From Balanoglossus misakiensis (Eukaryota > Animalia > Hemichordata): a stretch of 64,000 nt of DNA. The number at the start of each line of letters is the position of its first letter. The stretch's first letter is position 1. Of this stretch, positions 35,511 to 49,243 are shown one piece after another. The position numbers were made by a program, and so were the translations under genes. The notes under the pieces are model-generated. The model did not search any database. It was not told where the DNA came from and saw only the letters and a program-made list of their open reading frames with translations. The stretch lies in assembly GCA_040954595.2 (NCBI GenBank), contig CM082576.2:18461028-18525027 (forward strand), read 5' to 3'.

Positions 35511-38500
35511 GCCGTCGGCACAGAAATTAAAAAGAAGAAGAAGAAGAAAATGAGCACGAGTTACACGTCTATAAAATTTACAGCTTGTTGAAATTAGGAA
35601 GGTTACTTTTCAATATCAGTAGCGCGATACGAGACAAACAACCCTCTATATACCGATAAGAAGTTGTTACCATGGTGATAAAAATCTGTAAGACTGAGAT
35701 CTGTCAATTATTTTTTTTCATTCATGCATAAGAAATAGATCACTAATCGAAAAATTAAAAGTAAATCTTAATACTCAACAACAGGGTTCGGCCTTAATGT
35801 CAAAATTACTCTATTCTATAAATAGCTCTCAACGGTTAGATTTTTTGAAAGTAAATTATTGCTGATGGTTGGAATACTTAATTTTCAATCTCAGATTCCG
35901 TGAAAATATTACAAAATAATACAGGATAAAGTCGATGGCGTTTTAATTGTCACTAATGCATTCTATACGTCCCCTGGAGGTAACCCAGGGAGATTCCTGT
36001 ACGAAACAGGGATGGTGTCCCATTGTGAAGGTTGTCTATGGGAGGAAACTGATGGGCAGGCCTAGGGCTTTAGTTTTCCAGCTGAAAAATTAATGCGTTT
36101 CGTGTTTATTTATCTGTGATGTGCCTAAAGTACTCCAAACCTTCCGTTTCTACAGTCAACTTGTCGTCATATTTCATTTTTCTAAAATTGTGAAAAGAAC
36201 ACAAAACAATTTAAATTTGCTTCTCCAAGAACATTTTACTTCTGTTCTACAAAATAAAGGGGGAAAAATGTGTCATTTGTCTGTCGATGTTTATAGGGGC
36301 AATTTTCAATCCCTGGTTTTCGCATTAGTAGGTGCTCCTCCTAGTCAAACATTAGGCTAGTTGCGATGTTTAACCTACAGTACGTTAAAAACACACTCCA
36401 ATCACAACAGTTTACCACCTTAGCTAATCCTATAAAGGGTGCTAGGTATTACAGATAACGATAACGGCCGTGCCATGGTCTAGCTGCACACGGGTACAGT
36501 AGAGACTGTTTACGGTCAACTGGAAAGCAAGAGGCCGATCGCTCTAACCACTTCGACGCTCAATTCTCCCAAGCGCGCACAGGTGCAAGCTCTGGAATGC
36601 GATCGCGAAACTTCGGACAATGCTCTGTAAAGTAAGCCCTACAACGCAATCTCGCACAAAGAAGCTGTATTCACCTCACTATGATCTGAAATCAGCGTGT
36701 ATTGATTCTTACTTGCATTTGTCCTGCGAGGCAGGACCGTCTTGATGACGACTTTGACCTCAAGCAATCGTGATTGGAGGCGCAGCCGGCAGCATGCAAA
36801 ACAGTCATCCTGCATGCATGACCGGCTACCGTACCACGCGTCGGTCAATCCACTTGCGCACGGCTGGGGCGGCTCGGCACAGGCCTGTCTATAATTTTCC
36901 TATCAACTTGAGAGCGGATCGCTACTCAAAATAGGCGTTGAAATGTCTGAATTCGCGATCATCAAGTTTATAGATCGACATCGATACAAACCCAGTTCAA
37001 GCTAGACTGATCCCCGGAAATGAACGATGCGAAAATGTCCGCATTGTTTTAATTGCTGACAATCGCGATCGTGGCGTCGGTAATTTTTGAAGGGAGCTCA
37101 GATGCTTGTCGAAAATTCCACATGAAAGGAATACAAGTCGAATTACCAAAACTATAAATGATTGGCAGCATGTCTTGATACTTGGTGCGTCATGATTTGC
37201 AGGTAGAAAGTCCTATCTATTGCTATTGCGACATGGGCCTATAGGCGCGGCTATATGCACTGGTGAAGCTGTCGCGCCCGTGTACAGCAGCACGCACGCT
37301 CAGGCACAGTTACGTTAGCATTCAAATATCCAGATGACGGGCAACTTCAATAGCGTGGAGGCATTATACCTGATACATGGTACGTGTCTGGCGGTTTTTA
37401 AAATAAAAACATACTTGGAAAAATCTTTTACTGAATGGCGAAATATTGCTTGCCCGTCACTTGGAAATGACAACGCCGTGGGTCACATGGCCAGATCACG
37501 TGATTGATAGCAAAACAATTCTTTGACTGACTTTCTGCGTTTCCGTACGTTTCGATATTTCATCAAATCCGGGCATCACTGAAGTCAAGAGTCTGTTTAA
37601 GGTTTTTTAAGAGACGACATTATTGTACATATTATAATGCGATACATCTTTATTTTTGGCAGTTTTCTTTGAGTGGTGATTGTTTTTGACAAAAATGAAT
37701 GGTACATTAAAATAACACCAAAGTCATATCCTCGGGTGTGTAGTGTACTTCTTTATTCACTTTTATATGTGAGTATGTGTGCCTGTGTAATGATTTGTGC
37801 ATTTCTTTTTAATTTTTTATTACGAAGTGTTTTGGTGATTACGGTAGTTCTCTTTTTGAAGGATGTGGTGGCCCTGATAAGGGCCGTTTGGTATGTGTAT
37901 GCACTAGAGCATACGTCTCTGGGTTTCTACAGAGAGGCACTAAAAACTTCTTCGACAAAACGCCTCCACACATTGGTCCTCCAACGACTTGTTTTTTCCG
38001 TCAATACCCTGCGCTCAGACCTCCTCCTGTACTGCCTTCCTCGCCGACTCTTCCTGGTATTGGTTGACACCACTTTCGCTTCTGCGTCATATTTTATTGT
38101 TTTGTCAGTGATAAGCTTGCACAGAAACATTGTAAATTATCATGGGGAAAACATGAACACACTCGGAAATAAAATAAAACTTACCCAGTCCAGACAGGTG
38201 AGATCACTCCTGAATTTATAGGAGTTTTTTTTAATGGGATGCGCAACATTGTTGAAGCTCTCAACATAGTGTGTGTCTTTACACTAGAATGGAAAATAAA
38301 ATAAAATCTTTACAAAGAGTAGAGACTTTGGTTTTCCATAATCGCGTCTGCATATAGCTGACAAAAACTACAGCATAATCTCGGTACAAGAAAGCCTGAG
38401 AGAAATACTGCTATGCTCTATCTGCTGCATGGTGGTGTTCAAACACTGCACATTGTAACTACATGTACCTGTATTCTGAAATCGTGTTTCAAGCTAAACA

Positions 38501-40595
38501 TTGTCATTCAATACACATAGCTAAGCACACCTTCATTTACCTCATGCTATGTAATACTTAAAAAACTCACATCAACATAATTCTCTGGCTTCTTGTACAG
38601 CTGCGTCTTTCTAACTGCATGCCTCAGGAGGTCAGCTGCTTTCGATTGCCTGATTGGGCGGAACGATGCTTCGTAATTCGCGCTATTCCGACACCTCGAT
38701 TTTGGGTCACACCCAGCGTGATTATCCTACAGATCGAAAAGATAACATGTACCGTCTATTTGATGGAATTTAAGAAGCACAGTCACGGTTTTGTCCTGAT
38801 GTTGGCATCCACAGATAACTTTAAAAGAATGTGTGATGGCGATGGTTACATTTTCAACTATTTTATTTAATCAAAAAAGTTATTTTTGTTTCATTCAAAG
38901 GTAATTACCTGATAATGAGCGACAATATTGTCTAATTTTTTTCGGATTAGCGCCGCTGCTTCGGTTCGTGCCCGGGTTGTGTTGTCATTGTCCAGAAGGT
39001 GTTGTTTTGCCCGTGTCATGGCCCAGTAGCAATGTGTCTTTACATTGGCCCCTGTGGAGAGGTGAACACATAGTTGAATTTGTAATAATTGTTATCACAA
39101 ACGAAATGGCTTTACGTTTAATATCTCCATTTTCAAAGCTGCATAAGAGAAAAAAAAATTGTCAATGCATAAAACTGAACATGAAACAGAAACTCGTAAC
39201 CACAGATACCTGACCAAAAGTGAAAACTTAACATTGCGATTGAGAAAACATAAAATGTGTGTGATTTTACCTTTATCTGCAAGTTCAGGGTGCCAGGTTA
39301 CGTTCATGTTTCGTTGTGTCCCCGTGGTTACTCGTTTCATCTCTCGGCCTATTGCCTTGGTAACTGTAAAATAAAAACAAGCATTGATGTTACAGCTCCT
39401 CGCCTACGTGTACACGATGAAACAGAATCAATTAATGGTGCCTGGATTGATGCAACTCTGCCTTGAAAACAAACCTGAATACACATATTCACTTTCAAAT
39501 TATAAGTTTACAGATGATCAAAAGTCGTCAGCTAAAAATGTATGTGACGTCCTTATGTACATGTACTAAATTGGAGTGTTTTTGCTGCTACACCTTCCTC
39601 TGTCAAGTAAGAATGAAGCCTTACCATGCCATGTGTCGTTGCTGCTGATGGTATCTGGCCTTTCCTCTCGCAGGAATTTGTTTACAGACGCGTTGTTGTC
39701 GTGGCCATGAACTAAAATTGGAACCCCTGTAAATGTAATCATTTGCAATAGCCGGTTGTCAGTGTGACATATTTTCTTGCATAGAATTATAATTATCGTT
39801 TTATATGTGGTCCATGTACATGCCTCAAGTTTTGTAAAAACATTTAGCAAGGATTTTACTGATACTGATGGGAAAGCACCGTGTTAATACTATGTTTTAC
39901 CTTTTTCATCAGCCCAGTTATAAAATCGCCTGATCCCAACCATCTCGTGTCTTTGGGAACACGGGTCATCGTGCTTCCTGACCAACTTCTTATGGATGCA
40001 CTTATGGGTTCTAAAACAAAGAAAAATAGTTACAAATAAAGTTATTCGAATTTAATCCAAAATTGCCATATATTACAATAACAGTATACGTCAAAGCATG
40101 TGGCATGTCAGTTCGGAGAAGTGTGTTGATGCCAAACACAATACTCACTGTCGACAGAAATAGCGATGCGATTGAGTGCGTGTAAGGGTAACACATTACC
40201 ATACATATAACCATCATTGCCATAGAGATGAAAAATGTTATTTCTAACGAAAAGTTGTTACATACATGTCACCAAGTACAACTATGTCAGAGTTTTGTGC
40301 ATTCTTTCATGTACCGTGTCATGCATCGCTCATATTTTCAATCCCCAGCTTAATGGTGCGGTCTTCCGATGCGATTTCCTGAAATTGGATTCAAAAACAA
40401 AATGTATTAGGCCTATATGAACACACGGATAAAATGTGGCATGATAAAAATATCAAATAACATTTATTTAGTTGTTTTTGGGTGGTGAAATGTCATACCT
40501 CGTTTAATGCATCATCCCTGGATTTGACCGCTTCATTGTGGACAGTTTGTCGGTACTTCTCAAAAACTGAATAAAAAAAAAGACAGACGAGAAAT

Positions 40596-43500
40596 GGGCC
40601 GCCGCAAGGGAAAAGGGCCCTTATGCATGGATTTTTCGATTTTTATTTTTTGTCGTTTTTTGATAGTACCTGTGCTCCTCTTTTCATGTGTGTGCCGCTC
40701 ACTATGAACTTACACCTGGAAATGGCATTTGTGGCCCATTGAATGTGACATATGACCTTTGACCTCAGCCCACAAATAAAATTCACTGTTTTTGTTTCAC
40801 AATAAAGAGGTTTAAAAACCAAACATCTTTTCCCAACTACATGGAAGATCTGTATCCATTTATACCGTAGGTACTGACTAAATCAACTTTTTAGGGGGAG
40901 AGGGGGTGTCTGTCATTCCATTATATCATAGGGGTGGAAAGCACACAAGATGATGCTAGTTCTATTTAAAAATACATTTTATTAGACACCACAAGTGCCA
41001 AAACTCTACACATCACATCCTCCGAAAATATGAATATTTACATGACATTATTGACATAACTGTTGCCATGGCTACCAGCAGTCTCCATCTAAACTGTTGC
41101 CATGGCTACCTGTAGTGTCAGAACTCCAACCATTACATCACTGATATTGCTACATACAATTCTAACTATCATTTTTTTCAGATAACATTTAAATATTTAC
41201 AAGTTTGCATTTATTTTCAGTACTACATACATGCAAGAGTATTCAGTGGGTTTTTGGATTTACTCTTCAGGGCAAAATGCATGTCTAAATGGCTGTCTGA
41301 CAAATGGAACAATTTCCTTCTGTAACTCTCTCCATCTGGCTAAACTCATTCCTCCAGCAGGCAATACAGAGGGTTTTATATGTGGTGATGGAGGCCAAGT
41401 AGCATTTCTTTTGAGCAGATCTATACGGATTTCATCATCTGTGACTAATTTTCTAACATATACAGCACCAGGATCATTCTTGGTGAATCTAAAATGATGA
41501 TAAACACGAATTCCCTTCAATGGTTTGAGAAATGAAGAAAAAAATGAATCCCACTCAAACCATTGAAAGTTGGGATCAGAATTCCGACTGCCATAACATT
41601 TCACATTGTTTATTCGTGAACTTTTTGACACAATGTCTGCCAGCTGCTGAACTGTGTCAACATCACTTCTACGATACACTTGCCGAATCTTACCGAAACA
41701 AGCATCACAAATGCACTTTGTATGACCTGGTTCCAAGAAATGATAATTAATTTCGTCATGTTAACCAGTACTGGTACGGTAACAAAAATAATGAATGACA
41801 GTTTTGTTTTTATTCTGACCTCCACAGTTGTCAGCATGGCAATGACAACTCTTTTCACCCAATCCATGCTCCTCAAAATAATTGTGAAGCATGCTAACTA
41901 CATTATTGGCACCATGGCACTTTCTGTTATCAATGCCAATGGTCTCAGACTCATCAAACAGATAATTCATTTGAGATTGTTGACTATCATTACATATACC
42001 AAAGCAATTTACACGTAGTGGATTCAGAAAATACAGTGGACTAACTTGACGAGACTGATGGGGCAGCAGAAAACTCTGTGCAAAATCAAATGTATAATGA
42101 ACATTATGTAAATCATAAGAGCAAGGACTACATGGGGGCTGAACTTCAATGTCTCTGAGTTCATCCTGTGCCTTTCTAATGCACAAGTTCAGAAATTCTC
42201 TTTCATTTTGTGATTTCAAAATGTGTCCTGAGAATGCAATACTAGAGTTCAGTTTGTCTTCTTCTGTTGAGGCAAACTGAATTTCATTCCGGAAGTGTTC
42301 ACATTTGGCACACACATCTGTACGAGGTTCCATTCGCTGAATGTGTGGTACACACAATTTCCAGATATTTCGGAAAGTTGTCTCCCCCACAGGCTGCTTG
42401 GTTGGCTGACAAACATTACAGGCCTCCACATACTTCTTATACATATCAGCCTTGGTGTCACAGGATGGAAGATAAATTGGAGGCCTTCCATCTCTACCAC
42501 AAGGAGCAGCTGGCATAGGCAGACCATTGTCATCTGCATATCTGACCAGGAACTGAACAGCATCTTGCACTGTCTGTTTGGAAAAAAGAATAGTTAAGTC
42601 ACTCAAAATAAATTAGTGAACACTGAGAACACATATACAGGTTAGATAGCAAACCACCTAAAGGGACAAAGTCTCTCTCTCACTGCCCTTTTTTCCATTA
42701 ATTATGTTTGATACAAGACACCATTTGTTATTCTACGTGTGAATATAGGGAATCAATGTTGACCAAACACAACTTCCATCCCACTTGAAGATGCGAGAGT
42801 GAAAAACTGGCCGAAATGAATAATCGGTCTCTACCATTTATTCATTTTGACAAGATTTTTATTCTCATCCTGCAAAGTGGATGTTGTGTGTGGTCGAGCA
42901 CTGATTCAATGTCGGAGGGTCCATGTGAAAGTCTCAGTGTCAATTGGGCATGCTCCAAACTGTGGGTGAAAAATACTACTTCAAGATGGCCAGCATATGA
43001 AGCAGCTGTCAGGAGGAGGAGACAAGATATTGAGGGGCCCAGATACAGTATTACTGTATACACATGATGACTGACTGTGACAATGAGGGCAACAGTGTAT
43101 TTTTGATGACCTTGGGACTGAGGGCATAGGGAAAACAAGACTGTTTTAGTTGTGACTAGCAGTCCCGAGGTCATCAAAAATACACCGTTGCCCGAATATG
43201 TCAGTCATCATGTGTTTTATAACACACCAAACATGACACACACCACATCCAGGCAACAGTACCAGGCAGAAACTGATCGAAATCATGCCCTAGGGAACAG
43301 TTCGAAATGACTAAGGTCACGTGACGGCGTATTGACGAATCACGATCGAGTGTTCGCTGCATGGTGTGTTATAATAAATCCTGACGCCTTTGTTACGACT
43401 CAAGGCAACAATAAACCGAACCCTGTCTAATCTGGAAACCTGTCTGTACTGAGCACCTATTCCTGTCCCTTTGACATAAAAGCACATGTTTGCGTGATAA

Positions 43501-46500
43501 TAATAAACCATAAATATGAAATTTATTACCAAGTATAAGTACACTCTTATACACATTTACATGGTATAAGAATATACTTCTTAAAGATATTTGTTATGGC
43601 ATGCAGAAATGTAATACTTACTTCAAATGAATAGGCATTGGCTGGTCATTTTCCTCGACGACCATGATCTCTGGGTACCACACCATGGATTTTGTAGTGG
43701 GCCTTTAAATTCTTGAACCTTTTCTCCCCTATAATTAGAGTTATAGGATGATAATACTAACTAATACTATCCCAAGATTATGTCAAAACAATGACTTCTC
43801 TGTAGTTTAAATCTTCTCAAAATCGTTTGATACACATTTAAAAAGAAATTACTGTAAAGTTGTGTCTTCTCTTAAAAAATCAACATCAAGATTGTGGGGG
43901 CCAGGACACTTAGAAAACTCTTTGAGAAAAATCCCCAAGTAAACAAAGGTCATGTGAGGGAGGAAAAAGATGACATCATCATCCTTTATTGACTGTCACT
44001 GCTGCACTACGGTAAACTACGTGATGTGGGGAATCTATTAAAAATCAACAATCGGATGCAATAATTCACCTAACAATCCACATTTCGAGTACTCATGCTC
44101 GCACAGGGTGTGATGAGGATATCACGACGTGTAAATAAATCATTGGTGCCAACGTAAAAATACCCTGCCACTCACCCAAGTTGTGAATGTAACGCCAAAC
44201 TTTTTCACACACGCGTTGACCATCAAAGACGTAATCAAAGGACTGTCGCGCACGTTTACCACCACGGACAGGTTCTCCATGAACCTCACACTGTTCTAAC
44301 TTTGCAAGGATGAGAACATCAAGATGGTCTTTCTGGAATTCTGACATGTTCAAACGGTATTCCCACACCCTGTCCACAGCATAGTTCGAGTAGCACTGGT
44401 GTTTACAAACACACCCAGTCCGCATTACGGCCTCCACCGATGGCTTATCCAAGGCGTCACAGTCATTTCCTTCTTCGCGATCTTCTTGACCCATCTCTGG
44501 GTGTAACTGAGAGTACAGTCTCGCCAATTCGACTGGCTCTGCTTCAGGTACTGGCTCGTCTTCATCGCTATCGTCGTCGTCTCCCTGGTGGCAGTGATCG
44601 CGTACACTATCGGCTGAAACAGAACACTGGGAATTCTCCCTAGATTGCGGCGGACTAAATGTTTCGACCAACTCGTCGTGGCGTTCTTCGAGCAAAGTCC
44701 GCAGCTCGGCATTTAATTGCGGGTCGAGAGGTACCGAGAATGCCATGATTTTACGCAACGGGAAACATCAGTAGCACAGCGATTTCTGACTCTGACCTCC
44801 TTAGCGCTGAGGTCACGTGTATATGAACTGAGCAAAATGGCGGGAATAAAATTAGATACAATGTAAACGCTCTACGTGAGAAGTGTTTTTTGAGCTATAG
44901 ACAGCCAGAACGCAACGCCTTCATTAACATATGCAAATGCGGAATCTGATTCGAAAAACGAGACCGTTGCACTGAGCCCCGAAAAGGGTGTCTGAATTGG
45001 GTCATTTTTTTCCCCAACTTTGGTCATCAACCGCTACTAATGGCGATCGTTCTGAGTATTTTTGTTGGAATTATTTGATAGTACGTATATCGAACTATAT
45101 CTCAAGGAGTATTTCTGATGATTAATGCAGTAGTTTCAGAGAAATAACGAAAAGTACAGAGTAATGAAAATTCACGTTTTGGAAACATGCCTCGCTAAAT
45201 TCTTGAACGGACTGTTACACCAACTTGTTGTATAAATCCAATGGCATATTTATAAAATATAGGCATTGGTCCTTCTTACTGTGAAGTTTGTATACTTTCC
45301 GGGGCATATTAACGAAGTTATAACGGTTTTAATTTGTTTACTTTTTGCTGTGACGAGATCATTTTCAGTGGGAAATGGCGGGAGTTTACAGCGTAACCCA
45401 TTGTCGAGCGTTCAGTGCAGAATGTGTGTATATTGTTTACGTCCCACATGTACATGTAGTGTTGATAAATGCACATGTTGGAAATGAGTTCATTGTATAC
45501 CTTTTATTCTTGAAAATTATCGATGATCATCGAGATCTGCCTAAACTACGTTAGCACTGGCGGCTGCGTGTATGAATTGCAGGGTTGTGTGCTTACGGCG
45601 CGGCGTAACCCTGCGATGCCTCCACACCACAGCTTTTGGAAGAATAAAATACAGATTTCGTCGAATGTGGTGTTTCACAAAAAGAAAAACATTATTGAGC
45701 GACAACACAAACGTTTGTAAAAAATCAGTCCGGTTCTTTCAACTCCACAATCGCGTTAAACAGAGACTGCCAGCAGCGACTGGGATAATTGCGTATTTAC
45801 TAGTGTTTACATCAGCGGCCGGGAAACCTCGGGTCACGTAGGTCATGTGTCGACTTCCGGGTAAAATCACCCGTTTTTTAGCGAAAATTCTTGAACTGAC
45901 CGTTACACTTGTATCTTTACCAAATTTTTTTACACGGTCATTTAAAGTGTAGAAAAACCCACATAACCCTGAAATATGTAAACTTTCCGGGGCATATTAT
46001 GGATACTGGAAGCGAAAAACTGGACCATATTTTCGACCGCTAGAGTAACCTTCGGAAAATCGCCATAATATCAATATTTCAGTAAATAATTCTAAAATCC
46101 ATTTGGATGGCACGAAAGAAGACATGTCAGGAGAGGTTTTCGCTTTTACATGATTTAAAATAATGCACTCTAGCGAAAGTTACGGCAAGTTGAAAATGCC
46201 TCAAAAAACGGTCTGTGAGCGGCCATTCAAAATGTAACGGTCCTGATCTGGATAGGCGATAATATGCTAATGAGGGTGTTGCGTTCTGGCTGTAGAAATC
46301 GAATTCAGTGAAGAAATGACATAAATGTTCTGTGTTTCGTGATATACTTTGAATATCTTTTGTCATTTTCTCGAAAAAGTTGGGCAATATACTGAACAAA
46401 TCCATTTTCCTCCAGCGTGCAGGCGAATATTTGCATGTGAAAAGCACACATAGAACGTCACCTATTCAAATGCAAATTACTAAAAATGACGTACACTTGC

Positions 46501-46529
46501 ATAAGGGCCCTTTTCCCTTGCGGCGACCC
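40596..46529 (-). mobile_element. Complete Sola DNA transposon (probably Sola2)
   Basis: 32-bp TIRs GGG(C/T)CGCCGCAAGGGAAAAGGGCCCTTATGCA at 40596-40627 and 46498-46529 with one mismatch. 4-bp TSD AAAT at 40592-40595 and 46530-46533. Internal transposase gene. Confidence 0.9.
41260..44758 (-). pseudogene. Sola transposase, 3 exons, two in-frame stops
   Basis: Exons ~44746-44176, 43728-43622, 42573-41260. Motifs TDVCAKC, TFDFAQ (D1), ADNCGGQNKN (D2), GHTK..CD..FG (D3). TGA in exon 2 and TAA at 41761-41763. Confidence 0.82.
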
Positions 46530-48545
46530 AAATATTAGTGATGATTTGCCTACTTTATATGCCAGCACAGTCATGGGGTGACTGTGATGATGGTCGACAG
46601 TTAATACATTTGGAAAAAAAATTGTCTTGACATGTCTTTATATGCTGCAGTCATGTCTGTAACTCCATGGTCATACAATATATTGAAACAGTCTGAGAAT
46701 CAATGTAAGTTGACCACACTAAAAGTAGGACTGATCACAAATAAATATAAAACTAGATAGTTTCAGCTATAAGAAAGTGTAAGCTTACATTTCGTTCTAT
46801 ACTTGTCCTTCAACGACCCCATATTTGCACTGCTGGTTACAGTGTCATAAGTCCGCGTCCGTACGCCAGCTGACAACAACCCGTGTAACAATCTGTTGGA
46901 TAATGTTCATAGCATTTCAAAGTTACGACGCGAGAGCATAATACATTGACGTATTCTTGGTAAATAAAAGATGACAAAACAATATAAGTCCGTATCATAC
47001 AATGTCACTGTATTTACACTTACCTGTAGTTGACGAGTAGTCTCCCGTTCGGTAAATACGTCGAAGAATTCCAATTGAATCCGTGATCTTCCTCGCACTT
47101 GAAACTGACCCTCCCCGCGTGGCCCATCATAGTCGTGCGCTTTGAGGCAAGAGTTCCTCGACATGCTCCGGAGTGTGATTCGACAGTTTTTACGAGGTTC
47201 TGGACAGAGAGGGTCGTTGTCAAATACATCTGGTCCGTTCTATTGGACACCTCTGGTACACTGGTTCGTGGAAAGCATCTTCTTCTGGTTCGTCACGCAT
47301 ACCACCATTGCCGTTCGTTTCGTGACTCGTCAGGAAGAAATCAAGTACCGTTGATAACACGTCAAAATTTGTTGCCCTACCCTCCTTCATCAGAGTTCGA
47401 AGCTTTGAAATTTTACGTTGAATTGCTGTCTTATCTTCAGTAGTTGGGGCAACAAAATCAACATTTCCGCGGACAGTGTTATCCCGCACCCGACGTATGT
47501 GACGATCCCTGATTGCTTCCCTAGTCATGGAAGGACAAATCTCTGAACCCGGCATGTTTAAAAAAAACTCGAAAAATTAAAAAAAATGTTGACTGAAAAT
47601 CTAAAAATATATCAAATTGTAAATAAAGAAAAACTGCAAATGTTTAGTTTTTTTAATTTTTTATTGGTATTTTAAAAATGTTTTCCTGTTTTTTTGGTTA
47701 CTTTTTCATGAATATGCGAATTAGATATTACATATTCATGAGCACACACGCATTGCCGAGCTTAGGTGGTTTCCAAGGCTTCAGCCTCGTGGTTGCGTGG
47801 TTTCATGTGTGCATGGAGGTACTAGAGAGAAGGAGCGAGGACGGATTTTAAGCGGATTAACTCCCTTTCTTCTGAAGTGTGATAAGCTTCTTAAGTCTTT
47901 GTGTTTTTGTGTTGAAAGCGTCCTTTGAACCCACTGTGCGTTACCGCCGATTTTACAGTTAGGTTTGCAAGATCTACGGGGTAATATTTCTATGATATTA
48001 AAAACACAATGCGCACATCGCGGACGAGCGTACTACATATGCATGGTGACTTTTATTTACATCTAGGGGTGAAGTTTACGCATCACCACTACCGGAAACG
48101 TGTCAGGCGGACGTCTTGGAAGACTTGTGGCGTTATTTTTCTTCTTTGTACAACCAAAAAGCATGATTTTGAAATGTATATTATGAGTTTTTCGCAAACT
48201 TCCACAAAAAACAATAAGTTCTTAGGTTTTCTTTGAAAACCAATCTTCCCGATGCAAGTATTTTTGTTCGCGTGGGATGGTGTGGGATGCCCGATAGTCA
48301 CCATTGTAATTGCTAGTGCAGAGACTTTCGGCACAGCAGTTTGGTCTGGTTGAATATGCTAAATGTAAATCATGGAGACACGCCGCCAGCTATAATTTGT
48401 TTATCTACGCAAGCGCACAGCCTTTATGAACGCCTATCAGGTGATAAAAGGATGAGATCCTAATGATATCTGCAAACAGATTAAGACGCACATGGGGTTT
48501 ATAGGAAACAATAGCGTCCTCGCTCCTTCTATCTAGTACCTCCAT

Positions 48546-49243
48546 AGTCTTGTTCTCACTAAAAGTTTTGACACCGGTGTAATGCCAGTGTTTACTCTCT
48601 GCAAACACAGGGGATTAGTCCACAGAATCTCCGTGCGTCCACACACTAAACTTTTGGCCACTGTTTTGAAATAAACATCGTCTAAATGGCCATGTTTAGC
48701 AACACGGCAACTAACAAAATTGAGGACGTCGAGGACATTACAGCAACATGTTGCAGTTTCTATAACTGCATATGCGTTCTAGACGACTTTGTGACAGTTT
48801 TGATAATGTTTAGAAGTAAATGAATGTTAATCCATAAATGGAAAATGCCTCAGCTTTTCGGTGATCGAGAGAACCTTCCGAAAGTTGGTAGCAGACAGAA
48901 GTGTTGCAGACCATGCAAACTGCGAATGGTTTGAAAACCACTCACGTCCAGTGTGATTGACTTAACAATGGAAACTGACCAAAGACAATGGGCTATACCT
49001 AATAAACATACCCAAAAGTCACTGCAGGGTGGCGCTTTTGAACGGTGTTTGTTTATCTTTGCGTTCTCACTGACTATTTGCGTCGGAGCGCTGGCCCAGC
49101 ACTGGCCCTGACCCGCCACCCATCGCCGTCGCAAATCAACACCGGCCCAACACCGGTGTAAAGCGTTCTCACTTGTTTTTTTCCGTCGGTGTCAAATCTA
49201 CACCGCTGTAGCACCGGTGTAAACGTGCCAGTGAGAACGCCCT
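48546..49243 (-). mobile_element. ~700-bp non-autonomous DNA element, copy 2 (inverted relative to 20590-21288)
   Basis: Reverse complement of copy 1 with scattered substitutions. Confidence 0.8.

Larger units (their letters stand above)
37927..47555 (-). pseudogene. Multi-exon Kolobok-type DDE transposase pseudogene
   Basis: Exons (minus): 47555-47024 (frameshift ~47240; ..C...H...W.SS..LVNYR), 46892-46789, 40566-40499, 40378-40266 (SDA*HGT*KNA, two TGA stops), 40010-39901, 39726-39625 (HGHDNNAS...NDTWH), 39363-39271 (WHPELADK), ~39051-38909 (KTHCYWAM...LDNIVAHYQ), ~38727-38571 (NHAGC...SRC), ~38285-38185 (DTHYVESFNN), last exon to 37927 (VLTEKTSRWR). Element termini not identified. Confidence 0.72.

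Noticed and set aside
37590-37625. ttaa|gg... as a Kolobok terminus
   Set aside because: No matching inverted or direct repeat found on the other side of the transposase.
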